Shown in pieces: positions 40,275-53,145 of a stretch of 64,000 nt of DNA. The stretch is taken from the NCBI GenBank assembly GCA_046563655.1, contig CM102289.1, positions 2,418,001 through 2,482,000 of the forward strand. Reading direction: 5' to 3'. A program made the position numbers and the translations under genes. Within the stretch, counting starts at the first letter, position 1; every line of letters starts with the position of its first letter. The notes under the pieces were generated by a model. The model did no database searches and was not told where the DNA came from. It was given only the letters and a program-made list of their open reading frames with translations. This DNA comes from Yuukianura sp. NJ FZ-2021 (Eukaryota).

Positions 40275-40402
40275 CGCTTAGAAATCAGTGTAGTGGTTAT
40301 CGAGTTATTAGCGTTACAGACGGACGGACGTTCGGACAGATGGACGGACAAATGAGCGGACGGACAAGACAATCCCTATAAGTATCTGACGATACTTAAT
40401 AA
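40275..40402 (-). mobile_element. End of a possible DINE-1/HINE-like element
   Basis: Hairpin AAGTATC-tgac-GATACTT (40380-40397) next to degenerate (GGAC/AGAC)n repeats (40317-40366). Confidence 0.45.
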
Positions 40403-41680
40403 TTTACAATTCTTCTTCTCACGCTAGATGGAATTGGAGCATACCACATGAAGTTTAGTGGCAAAAACGTCCTTGTCACTTTTTCATACTAATAAGAACT
40501 ATAATTAACTTTAAAATAAACAGTCTAAGCTGTTCCGAAGAAATCAATTTTTCGTCCAGTTGCTTGTTTGTACATGTACAGTGGAAAAACAAATTAGGAA
40601 ATAACTAGCTTTGACCTCTTTTTTAGAGTAAATAAATGATGCAATTAGGTTTGACATATGCCGTCCTGGAAACCTATTTTGTACAAAATCGAACAAATAC
40701 GTAACTAATTTTACCGCTTGAGTTAATGCTTTACATAAACGTTAATCATTAACTCATTTTGGCGCTAGGTTAACAGATATTTTTGAAATAAATATTCAAT
40801 TGCACTACTGGTCGCGAAAATAACTGATATAAGCTCGTTATAACTCCCAATAAATAACAATAAAATTGATATAAAAAGTAGGTAAGTACAGTAATGTACC
40901 TATCTTGGAAACCACGCTATCCCTTTCTCTCCTTTCTCTTTTACTGCGAATTTCCAATGAGTGGGGGGAAGGCGGGAAGAGAACTCAAAACTCAACTCTA
41001 TGCACGAGTTTTTCACATTACTGGAAGTTTTACAGTAACCGTGGGAGGAGTGAAATGAGAAGAGCCAATCAGAGCAAGTTTCCACGATAGGTCCAATACT
41101 AGGTTTACCGCTTTTTCTCGCATATCGCTTCAATTTCAAAGTTAATTGGTCTTCCACTCGAGTGAGTTCTCAACAAGGCTGCACTAAATATTCAACACAT
41201 ACAATAAACGAAGTTGGAAGTTTTGCATCTTTTTGATGTTCGAAATGACCTTAAGTAATAAATGCTCATGATCATTATGCCGTATGTAGCTGAGTCTCTC
41301 TCAAGAGGTTTTAAACATATGCATAACCTCTTTGTCTTTCCATCGTTTACTCCTTTCCGAGCACTTAAACTTTGCAGTTCGAACAAGGAAAAGTAAATAG
41401 CCAAAATTCACACAATCATGTTAATTATAAACTATTTTTTACATTGACGAACATATCTGTTTTCGTCAGTGTACTATCTCTTCGTTTGTATTTAAAAATT
41501 TTCTTGAAATCGCATATTCTGCAAGCCTAGCGTAACCGTCAAAAGCACAAATATTTAGTAAGTAGAGGTTTAGGTAAACTATTTCGGCAACATTCTTTTC
41601 TTTTGTAATACGATTCCTTTCCACCTCCTAACTGTTCAAAATATATTATTTTGACCAAAATTTTGTAGCTCTCCGTTAAC

Positions 41681-43283
41681 ATGATATCAAACTACACTCT
41701 TTCGAATTACATAAATGTCTTGAAGTTTATTTCATTGTTTACTTGGAGTTGCTTCAAAGTAAAGTACTCCACTTCAGCACCTCAAATTGTACCAACCAGG
41801 AACTCATTTGGCCATTTTTCAGTAAAAGACATGGTCAGCATTTGCGGAATGTCAAGTTTAGGTTTAATAATGTACAAGCCTGCAGTCAATGCTATCGCTG
41901 AGCAGGACAGAAACCTCATTCTCTTCGTCGGTGTCCATCTGGAATTATATGTTATTTTTATAATTTATAAAACAATTTACATACTGACCATATCGTCTTC
42001 AATGAAATTCTTCAATATTTTCTTCAAACTCAATTCACAAGAGCGTAAGAGCGTGCTTAACGATATTACTAAAAATTATTCCAGACATTTAAATTTTCCT
42101 TTCTAATGAATAATTTATTTATGAATTTAAAGAAACTACCTTGAAAGTAAGCAAAGATGGACTGGAAGTAACTTCAAAAATGATTCACTGGGGAATTGTA
42201 TCTACAGTTTTGGTTGGATTCTTTTACATATTGATGTTACTTGTGAGTGATCAACCAATCGGAAGAAGTGCAACAGCACTCGTAAACCTGTTCGTGTCAT
42301 ACCCGCACAACAGCATCGGAATGTATCTCATCAAATTTGGGTGGGCAGCATGGGTGTTCTATGGCTCCGCAGACTGTTCCCTCTCTGGTGTTTTGTATGT
42401 TATTTTATTTATTCTTTACATAAACTCTACAACGATCACTGTTACAGCAATCAGGTATACCCAAAATCATAAAACTGAAATACACATACAGTGAGTGCAA
42501 CGAAAACCTGCACACCTCAAAAAAGTTTTCGTTTATTTTGCTAAATTGTGGTAGGAAATGTTTTCATGAAAACCGCCGAAATGATAGTTTTGCAACAGAA
42601 TCAAGGTTGTCAGCGGAAAAGTTACGTTTTCGCCTCCATAATTTTAATTGTTGCCAGGGAAACAAACTTGGGGTGTGCAGGTTTTCGTCGCGCTCACTGT
42701 ATATATTGCCCTGATAACACTAAACTATACATGTACTGACAGCTGAAGCAGACTTTCTGAATTGGATATTTTTTTTAGCAAACTTTGCTGTGCCGATGAC
42801 GATGGAATACAAAATGACGATGAGGTCTTAACCAAAGCAAAAGCTGCGCAACTCTATAATACCAGGGCTGTATTAGCCAAAATGTTCAACTACCAGTTCG
42901 CATTTATCTTGGGCTACATACAAAATATACTTGCATGCACAATCATTTACATGACATTTATCGTTATAAAATTCGGCACAACAAATGTCATATCCACCCT
43001 GTTCTTTACTTTAGGAGCAGCTACTTCCGTGGTGTGCGACTGGTTCATGATAAAATGTCTGGTTGAGTTGAGGTCAGCTTCAGTTGACGCAATTGCAACC
43101 ATGCGAGTCTATGCTGATCGCTGCTGCACCAATGAACCAGTAGTTGGGCTGACATGGCAAGGAATCCGTCCATTGGACATTTGGGTTGGCGACATATTTG
43201 TGGTGGAAAATTCAGAATTCATTCTGCTGTTATTTGGTGACATAATCATTGGAAACATAATCTACCTGTTGCTAACATTTTGA
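41681..43283 (+). CDS. Gustatory/odorant receptor superfamily-like 7TM protein (3 exons)
   Basis: Exons 41681-42043, 42133-42454 and 42779-43283 are phase-compatible. Many TM segments and a C-terminal IRPLDIWVGDIFVVE...IIGNIIYLLLTF resembling GR TM7. Confidence 0.7.
42489..42699. mobile_element. Tc1/mariner-type MITE, copy B (GR intron 2)
   Basis: TA|CAGTGAG...CTCACTG|TA with ~28-bp TIRs. Homologous to 23080-23292. Confidence 0.85.
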
Positions 43284-43759
43284 GAAGTTTTACATTGAGG
43301 AGATGAGAATGGATAGAGACATCGATGCATAGAAAATTTGAAGTGAACATTTGAAGTTCACTTTGAATTTACTTAATATTACCAAGTATATCAACTTAAC
43401 TTAATAGAATTATAGCTACTTTGATTTTTTTTTCTTATTCTCAATTTTTTGTGCAATTTATATTCATATTTATTAATTCCTTTTGTTCGAGTCATTTAGT
43501 CATTTGGCATGATTTTCTGCGGAAAGAAGTCTATCAAATTCAGCTAATAAAATCAAAAGCCAATTAATTACTTATCTCATTCTATCGCTTTTTTTTTTAA
43601 TTTTCGGTCCCCGCTCACAATTTACCAAGCAAATTTCAATTCATCTAAAGTACGATTTGCCCTAAAATTTTATGTTGTAACAACACACAAAAAATTTTCA
43701 CAAAAGCATTTTCAAGTTAATAAGTACGGATTCATAGTAAATCAACACCTAACGGAAGT

Positions 43760-46700
43760 TTACGAATTAGCGTCGAGTAGATTCGTCAAATGGTCCGAAA
43801 GACTTTGAACAGTTCTGTTCTCTTGAAGCGATTCCAAAGTTAAAACTGCTTTAGTATTTTCGAGAGGAACCTGCAGGTAATTTCGCAATTCCATTGTGGA
43901 GAGAGAGTCAACACCCCATTCCGAAATATTTTGGTGTGGGAGAATTGTTACATTTGAAGATAGTTGCAGCGTTCGCTTCAACACGCACTCCACGTAAAGC
44001 TGAACTTTCTCTCGAAGTCCCGCCCCTTTAGCATTTTTGATTTCATGCAACAGTTTATCTGCTTCTGCTCGGTTCTTCAACCATTCATTATTCTTGCTTT
44101 GTGGCTCGGGCACTAGTTCGTCAAGGAACCTTCCTAGTTTAACATATTGCTTCAACAGGTCCAAATCAGTAATATATGCTACTGAAACTTGTGGCAAATG
44201 ATGCCCAAGAATGTATTCTAAAGAAGAAATTCCTTGTTCTGGAGTAAATGGTTGAATACCCTGTGCTCCCTCGAGTCCAAATTTGAGTTGTGCCGCTGCT
44301 CCAACATCAGCCCATGCACCCCAGTTGATTGTTGTAGCTGGCAGTCCAAGTCCAATGCGGTATTGAGCAAGTGCATCCAGAAATTGGTTCGCAGCAGCAT
44401 GATTACTTTGTCCAATTTGTCCGAAAACAGACGCTATAGATGAAAATAGTACAAAGTAATCCAATGGATCATTCCGGGTTAGAAGATGGAAGTACCAAGC
44501 CCCAAATACTTTCGATGCAAGCGTAAGCTCGTATTTTTCCCAAGTTTGGGCCATCAAACTACCGTCCGAGATCGTTCCAGCAGCGTAAAATATTCCTCGC
44601 AATGGTGGGAAAGATTTTCGGATCCACTCGAGTAGTTGTACGCAGTTATCGTACTGGCTGACATCGGTCTGGAAGACCATCACCGAACTGCCAGCTTGGT
44701 TCCACTTGTCAATTCGATTCTGTGCTTCAGCCGAAGGAGGGTTCCTGCCTACAAGAACAACGAAGACAGCACCAGAGCTTAACATCCATTGGGCCACTTC
44801 CATTCCAACGCCACCTAATCCTCCTGTGATGACATAAGTGCCTCTTGCATCAAAGAAATGATGCCGCCAGGTCATTATTCCAGTATTTTTGTCCAGCGTC
44901 CAATGAGGTATTTTTAGCACAACCTTCCCAATGTGCTTTGCTTCTTGGAAATAGTGAAAGGCTTCTCGAATGTTAGCCAATGGAAATGTTGTATGCGGCA
45001 ATATTGTTAAACTACCCGACTCGTATCCCCGCTCAATGGCACCTAGCAAAGACGGCAGTCTTTCTGGGTCTGAATATTCCAAATCGCCAAGATCGACTGT
45101 AAAATATTTTACATCCGGCCTCAGAATTTTCACTTCCTCGGGCTTCCAAATATTAACTTTTCCAATTTCAACAAAACATGCTCCTTTTCCGCACACCGCC
45201 AAAGAAGTTTCCTTGTATCCAGGTCCGGTGAGTGAGTTAAGTACAATTGTCATCCCATCATGTTTGCAATCCTTCGAGATTTGTTTCCCAAAATCTGTGT
45301 TTCTTGAATTATAGACGTGTTCAATACCAAGTGAACGTAGGTATGATCGCTTCCGTCTACTCCCAGCCGTGGCATAAACTTCAGCTCCGAAAAGTTTCAC
45401 AATCTGAATTGCTGCTAAACCAACACCTCCTGTAGCAACATGGATGAGTACGCGATCTTTTGCCGAAATTTGTGCAAGGCTAACAAGGCAATAATACGCA
45501 GTGACGAATACACTGGGGATTGTGCATGCCGCTTCAAAGGTCATGTTCTTCGGTTTACGAATAAGGGCATACTTAGAGGTCACAGCATGACTCCCAACAC
45601 CACCAAGGAACCCGAACCCCGTTACTTCATTTCCGATGTCAAATTCATTCACTCCTGCGCCCTTTGAAACAACGGTTCCTGAAATATCTACTCCTATGAA
45701 CATTTCACGACCACCAGCATTTTCAAACCCTTCGGGCTGCAAAATAGCAAAGATGTCACGAAAGTTAATGGCCGTGGCTCTAACTTCTACCACCACTGTG
45801 TCAAATGTAGGTTCGGGTACTGGTCTAGGAATAAAGTCCATGTCTGCCATTGTTTTCTTGGATGGATTCAGAAATGTGATGCTTGGTGCTTGAGGCAATT
45901 CTATTTTGTTTTCCAGTATTTGATGCGGAACTAAGCGTTTTACATACCGATTCCCATCTCTGAAGGCGAGAAATACTTCACCGCCTTGCTTAGTCATCTT
46001 CCAAAGCTGGTGGACGATTTCTTCTATTTCAGCTTCATATGCAAGTGTACTAGGATCACTGTCAACAATTAATACGGAGAATTCTGGATTTTCATTATGG
46101 AATGATATCATTGCACCACAGATTGTGGCGGCCATTGGGTTTGAAGCCGGTTCTTCAAACTCTCCCATTGAATTTACGCCTGCTGTCACTACACAGGTCC
46201 GCGGTACTGTCATCCTGTTTCTGCTTGAACTAACCATACCTTGCCATAGATGAAGAAAGCTCTCGCACAACAATTTCTGAGTAAGTTTTACGTCAGACGT
46301 TGTGCAATTGTCTGTACAAAAATACAACACTCCTTCCAAGTTGACTTTTGGGTCTAAAACCTTGTCCAAACGTAGTCGTAGATCAGAGAGAGCAAGATCG
46401 CTTTCAGATTCGTTTTGACTTTGAAATTGCACTAATTCGACGCTCCTTTTCAGGACTTTAAGCTTTTCGATTACACCTCGACAAACGTGCCCTCCATCAT
46501 CAAAGACGATCCATACTGGATCAGCGGCAGCATTTACATATTTTGTAAGCTGTACCTTCCGAGCACACATACCGCCAAGGGTACCGTCAAATGCCTGGAA
46601 CGATTCTGGGTTGGCGTATCCCGTTTCTCGCAACAAACCTTCCCACTTGGTAATATTCCAGATGGGACTTATTTGTCGATCATCTTCAAATCGCCACCAA

Positions 46701-49700
46701 CCATCCAAAAATCCAAAGGAAAGCGAAACAAACGGGCAGTCCTTAAATTGCTCAGTAAAAATCAACGTACCTCCCATACGTAGAAGCGTGTTCAGATTTC
46801 CCAGCGTTTCGCGTAAGTTGCGTGTTGCATGCAGCACTTGGAATCCCAAAATGAAGTCAAAGTAGTTGGGCGAGAAATGTTGTTGTAATGGATCATCTTC
46901 AATATTGAAAACCTCAAAGTATAAATTATCGTTTTCTCCAAACCGATTTCTGGCATTGTTAACAAAATGGGCGGAAATGTCGGTAAATGTGTATTCAAAA
47001 TTTGTTCCAATTTCTTTCAACTTCTTTAGTATATGAGCCGTTGTGGCTCCCGTTCCAGCCCCAACCTCCAACAGACGTACCTTCTGTCCTGGATGTAAAC
47101 AACCTAGTTGGGCAATTCGGCTTGCAATTTCTGCCACGACAACCTGATCCAGCAAAACTAGACATTTGGCTGAAAAATACAGAGGCAAAAATATTAGTAG
47201 GTAAATAAAAAAAACTTACTACAAAGTCGTTGATACAAAAAAGCTAAGACTCACCTTGCGAGTACACTTTATCGGCACCAACATCATTCTTTGGAAAAAG
47301 CAGTTCTAATGGCGACATTTTTCCTGAAAAAACTTCTGTCATGTGACCAATCACTCGCTTAGCGTATCCGATAAGTGGATCTTCTCTAAAAACCGTCTCA
47401 GCTGCTGTAACCAGTTGATCAATATTTGTTGTGATATTCTCCGGAGATGGAAGAGGTTTCACCACTTTATACTCCCCATCAATAATACTAACATATCCTT
47501 CAGCCCGTAATCTGTTCAAGCAGGATTCCAAAAATTTTGTTTTTTGTAGATGAAGTGGTAGTTGGCGACGAACAATTTCTAGGTTAACTGGCATTCCAAC
47601 ACAAAGTTCCCAGCCACACTGGATAATGCTGCGTACCAAACCCAAAGTAAATGCATGGTTAATCTTTCTGTATTCCACGCCCAAGTGATTTTCATAAGCT
47701 TGAATGGTACGAATTGCTTCAGCCAACTCTCCTTCAGCCGCCTGAAATGTGACATCTGGAGTGGCAGTGTCCAATCGTACCGCTGTTTCGGTAACGCCAG
47801 CTGATCGCCTCCAAACATTAACGTAAAGTTCTGGCAATTTGTGGTCATACGCTCTCAAAGATCTTAGAAAGGAATGTTCAGTCGTTGGCAGTACTTCCAA
47901 ACCTTCCAAACATGCTAGCGGCAACCCAGCGTCGTTAAGAAGAACTATTTCCGTTGCATCTGGATCAGCTTTATTTCCAACATCGTGGATTGTTGTGTAT
48001 GCGTAGACTACCTCGGTGCAAGGGTGTGCTGCGAACCATGTAAACTTTTTGATTGACACCGGAAGCCGCAATGACTGGCTACAAGCATTTCCAGTGTCAC
48101 TCCACATTTCGGATAAAACGTAAGTCTGAATCATAAAATCCAGAACAATTGGATGGCAAACGTACTCAGCGTCACGTGTCTGGAGCAGCGTTTGTGTCAT
48201 GAGTTCCGCAGCAGAACTTGATTGACGACTCCATGCTGCTTTAACGGATTGAAACTGCGATCCAAACTGGATCCCAAGTTCAAATATAGCTGAGTATGCG
48301 GAAGAAATTTTATCGGGACTTTTTTGGCCCAGTTGGGTTTTGAGGCAAACAATATCCACTTGATTCAAGGTCTCCTTGTTAGTAATTGTAGCCAATCGTA
48401 GCGTAGCAGAAGCGTGCCGTTTCCATTTTTCATGCTGAATTTCCTTGTATATTCCAACTGTGTATGCGGGAGACTGTTCAGCATCAGACGAGCTTGGAGT
48501 TACAAGGGTTTGAATATTGGCAGGAGACTCTAGTTGAAGCGCAGCTTCTACGCGCATATCTTCGACGGTAATTGGAACCATATGTCTTTTAAAGTGCAGG
48601 ATTTCCCTTCCACTTCCCATAAACATTTCCAAATATGCAGCAGCTGGAAGAATAGTTTTACATGCGACACGATGGTCGGCTAGATATGCAAGTTGCGGCG
48701 AAGATGAAGAAATCGTGTTGTAGAAGATCGATTGATTTGTCGCCATCGGCATCTTTTGTCCTAGGAGTGGATGAACAATTGACTTCTGATTTAGCCCTAG
48801 TAGTGGAAGCGGATTAATATCGGTGTCATTTTCATCGTCTATATACCAGTAGTTTTGACGCTGAAACGGATATTTCGGTAGTTGTGATGCAACTTCTTTG
48901 GATAAACCTTCGTACCACCCAGAAGTGTCGATGTCCACACCTGAATTGAATAGCTGACAGCAAGACGCCATTATCGAGTAAATCGGATCTTCGCTATTGC
49001 GCATGGATGGACAAAATATACAATCGCGTGATTCTTGAGCAAAGTTTCCCGTCGCTAACGAAATGAGAATCGGTTTCGGCCCAATTTCAACAAAACAGCG
49101 AATACCTTCCCGCCTCAGCTTCTTAATGGCGGATTGGAATTGGACTGTACTTCGGAGATGGTGGCCAAAGTAACTTGGAGTAAAATCGTCTGCGTTGTTC
49201 ATTGTTTCACCTGACGTACCCGACACAAATATTGAGCTCGAGGGCGCGACAGAAGTGAATTTTGCAACAAAATTCTCAAATTGTCCTCGAATTTTTTCCA
49301 TCTCTCGAGAATGGAAGGCGCTAGAAGCTGATATAGGTTGGAACTGAATGCCGAGACGATGGCAAAACTCTTTAAACTCCTCAATCGTCCCACTTTCTGC
49401 GGACACTATGACTTCTTCCAAGGAATTTACAGCTGCAATGTCAACCCAGGTTGAAGAAGAATACCCGTAGTTCTCAATTGCCGATCTTACATCTGTTTCG
49501 GACGCTCTCAAAGCCAGCATGGAACCTCCCGAACATGTCGCTATCAAGCGACTGCGCTCAGCCACAATTTGGAATGCATCCGACAGTGTGTATACACCAG
49601 ACGCTAGAGTTGCAGCGAATTCTCCAATGCTGTGTCCTAGGACGACGTTAGGTTCTACCCCAAGCGAATTCCATAGCTTGAGTAAGGAATACTGGAAACA

Positions 49701-52700
49701 GAATAGTACCGGTTGGGAGTAAATTGTTCTGCTCAATAGTTCCTCGTTTGCAATGACGTTGTGCAGCGATTCATTAAATTTTTCTTTGAAATAAAAATTA
49801 CATTCTTCAAAGGCATTTCGAAAGGCTGGGAAGTTGTTAAGCTTTGTTCCCATGTTGGCGTACTGACAACCTTGTCCAGTAAAAAGGAATGCCACTTTTG
49901 GTCTCGCTGACAAATTTATTGGGCAGTTCCACGAATATTCCTCCATTTTTGCTGCCAAATCTTCTTTGTTTGTGGCTACAAATGACGCCCGATAGGGTAA
50001 CTTCGCACGGCAATTGTTCGTTCCAAAGGCGATTGATTCCAGACTGTGGTTCGTCGTTTTAACGAAAACAACGTATTTCTTAATCAACTCTTTTAGGGCT
50101 TCGGCAGATTTGGCAGAGATTTGAATCAATTGCGGTTTTACGTCAGCGACTGCTGGAAAGCCGGTTTTGGTTGGTACGTGTTGTTGAATTAAAACATGTA
50201 CAACAGTCCCGCTCATGCCAAATGAATTCACTCCTGCAATTTTGACACCATCATTCCAGTCAGTCAACACCAGAGGAACCTTCGCTGGAATCGAATCCAA
50301 CTGAAGCTTTGGGTTTAGTGTTTTCAAATTCCGATTTGGCGCAATCATATTATGCTTCATGCAGAGAATGACCTTGATCACACCTGAAATTTAAATGATA
50401 TTAGTTAGCCTACTAGTGATCGGAATACGAAACGATACCTTCATAATATATAATTACGTTAGGATAAAATATAAAATAAAGTGCATTAATTAATTCAAAT
50501 TTAAATCCACTTTGCCGTTTTTGAAACTTACCTGCGATTCCTGCGCATGACTCTGTATGCCCAATGACGGATTTCACTGAACCAATCATCAATGGTTGCG
50601 TTCTGTTTTCCGAATATACGTTCCTAATTGCCTCAACTTCAATTGGATCTTAAATTAGGAAATAAACTTTTGAACTACAATAAGGTGAGACATCAGGCCA
50701 ATACAGACATCTGTAAACACAGACATCTGTAAATACAGACATCTGTCAATTACAGACAATCTGTAAACATAACGCTAAAAAACGCTTTGTAGACATAGGA
50801 ACGACTGAGAATTGAGAATTAACACATTACGTAATCATACAAAACCCGAACGGGTGGATTCTTTACGATTGAAATTTTGCACAACTCATTCTAACTTGCG
50901 AATCACTGCGTTGGATTTCAAAGTTGTCGATCATTCGCGAGTTTTTCTAAATGGGCATGGCGAAGTGGATGAGCCACTTCTGATACTCAATTCTTAGGTC
51001 GCCCCAACTCTTAGTGACGTAATACGAAATTGTAAATTGTAAACACGAAATTTGTGAACTCTGACCCAATCTTAAGGTGCATCGCCGGTATAATTGGTTA
51101 CGCGCTCAAAAAACTACGACCACACTTTCCGCATTAGCATACGCTGCTCCACTTCGCAAAAGTTTGCGATCTGACGAATCTTCAACCGTTTCGCCGTTAA
51201 AAGCAAAAGAAGACAGAAATCCGAGGCTTTCCGAAACGTCTTCCAGAAAACCTATGTTTTCTGGGCGAAGGGTCCTGTTTTCGTCAGATCGCAGAGTTTT
51301 GGGTTGTGGAGCAGCGTACGCTAATACGAAAAGTGTGGTCGTAGTTTTTTGAGCGCCTAACCAGTCATACAGGCGATGCACCTTAAGTCTTACGGGAAAT
51401 TGCGTATAAGCGAATCTGTAAATCGCCTCATTAAAGAATAAAAAATAAAATTTTAGATTTAAAATAATTAATTTGAACATTCACCTCCAGCCTGCGTTCC
51501 GGTTCCATGTGCTTCGACGTAGCTAACGTCATAAGGTTTTACTGCAGCATTTGTCAGAGCACTACGAATTACACGCTCTTGCCCATGTGGATTCGGCGTT
51601 CCGAAACTAGTACTTTGACCGTCATTGCTCAAAGCTGAACCCCGAATAATCGCGAGAATATTGTCACCATGTTCCATGGCGTCAGCGTACCGCTTCAATA
51701 CAACAACTCCACAACCCTCAGCTCTGACAAACCCATCAGCCGCTAAAGTAGTACGATATAAATTATTTTTGTAATTAAAGATTCAAGTGGCTGACCAAAG
51801 CTGGAAATTAAATCATACTTACATTCATCAAATACCCTGCAGCGGTTAGTTTTCGACATAACCACAGAGACAGTTTTGCCGGAAAATGGACCTCCTTTGG
51901 GATTCAGAATGAGGTTGACTCCGCTTGCAATAGCGATGGAAGACTCGCGTTGTCGTAGGCTTACGCATGCGAAGTGTAAAGCACTCAAAGAGGATGAGCA
52001 GCCACTAAAAACAAGTTCAATACACAAGTTCAAGAAGTCAATCCAGTCCCACTTCTATTCGTGAATTGGATTCTGGTCTAGCCTGGATCCAACTTTAAGT
52101 TGTCACAACATCACTTATTGAGTTCTGTACTAAGAGACAGCAATTTATTGAGTATGAATTGGTTATTAATTACCTTTCGATTGCGACATTCGGACCGTGG
52201 AGAGCCAGAAAATACGAAACCCTGGCAGCAATTGCGCTGAAGGCGTTTCCAATGTACTGATAGTGAATCTCTTTTTCCAACAGTTTTTCAGAGGGAATCA
52301 TAGCACCGTAGTCTTGAGTCCAAATTCCAGTAAATACTCCAGTATCGGTTTGCGCAAGTGAGAGAGGGTTAATCCCCGCATCTTCTAGACCCTCCCATGT
52401 CACCTCCAAAAGAAGCCGTTGCTGGGGATCCATGAAAGCAGCCTCTCCAGGGCTGATCCCAAAAAACGACGCATCGAATTCATCAATTGGGCACTTCAAA
52501 AAACCACACTCGAGCTTATTGGTTTCCCCGGACAAAGGTCTTCCATAGCGAAACGCTGCTGGACGCCCTTCCGGAAATGGAGTGATGCATTCCTCCGATG
52601 AGGACAAAATTTGCCACAATTCTTCTGGCGAATTTGCTTTGGGAAACCTACAGCTCATCCCAATTACGGCAATTGCATGGTCGGTGTTGAAATGCCCGGA

Positions 52701-52718
52701 GGAATTGATTGGCGACAT
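43760..52718 (-). CDS. Single-module highly reducing type I polyketide synthase KS-AT-DH-cMT-ER-KR-ACP (2546 aa, 6 coding exons)
   Basis: Exons 52718-52174, 52004-51823, 51742-51485, 50648-50532, 50383-47255 and 47169-43760 total 7641 nt in frame. [114 protein letters not shown]. Confidence 0.95.
50703..50768. repeat. Minisatellite of four ~16-bp units (ACAGACATCTGTAAAC) in PKS intron 3
   Basis: Four adjacent near-identical units, each with a quasi-palindromic core ACAGA-CA-TCTGT. Confidence 0.85.
51076..51382. mobile_element. MITE with ~105-bp TIRs and TTAA flanks in PKS intron 3 (Kolobok- or PIF/Harbinger-like)
   Basis: TTAA|GGTGCATCGCC...GGCGATGCACC|TTAA, with arms extending to GATCTGACGAA / TTCGTCAGATC. 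Confidence 0.85.
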
Positions 52719-53004
52719 TTCCTGTTTAACGTAAAGTAGTAATTCGAATGATTTTTAGGTTTAAATAGTTACCAACTCATATTAGCACATGATTAGGTTC
52801 AAATAATAACTGCTTACTTCGAGCCTGGGCTAAAAACTGCTGAATTCCTCTAATGCTCTAGCAAACTGTTACGGTGTATACAGTTGATGGTATTTCGTTT
52901 TGTGTTTGTTAGCGTATCAGTGCAGATTTACGGTACTGAGGTTTGAATAAGTTTTACGAGCAAATTGAATTTGAAAATATTCCAACTACAGAAACCACAC
53001 CAGT

Positions 53005-53011
53005 ATTTATA
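53005..53011 (-). promoter_or_regulatory. Candidate TATA box of the PKS gene
   Basis: Minus-strand TATAAAT about 190 bp upstream of a GTAAGC donor (~52817) that would splice a 5' UTR exon to the acceptor just before ATG 52718. Confidence 0.35.
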
Positions 53012-53145
53012 ATGAAAATTGTTCTCAGTAAAAAACTGAAACGAAGGCATTTCTTTTGGAAATTATTTTTAACTCAATTTGCAAAAGTTAATTACTGATT
53101 AAGAAAGAGGGGAATGAAGAGGGTTTATGTTAGACAGTCCTTCAT

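Noticed and set aside
44218..49722. Antisense and alternate-frame ORFs over the PKS
   Set aside because: Shadow ORFs of long coding exons.
51077..51480. Two similar ORFs on opposite strands (AQKTTTTL...AYAAP)
   Set aside because: They are mirror translations of the MITE's inverted arms.
43760..52718. PKS as bacterial or fungal contamination, or as ordinary fatty acid synthase
   Set aside because: It has spliceosomal introns containing TEs and is contiguous with animal genes. It lacks the FAS thioesterase and has an intact-looking methyltransferase.
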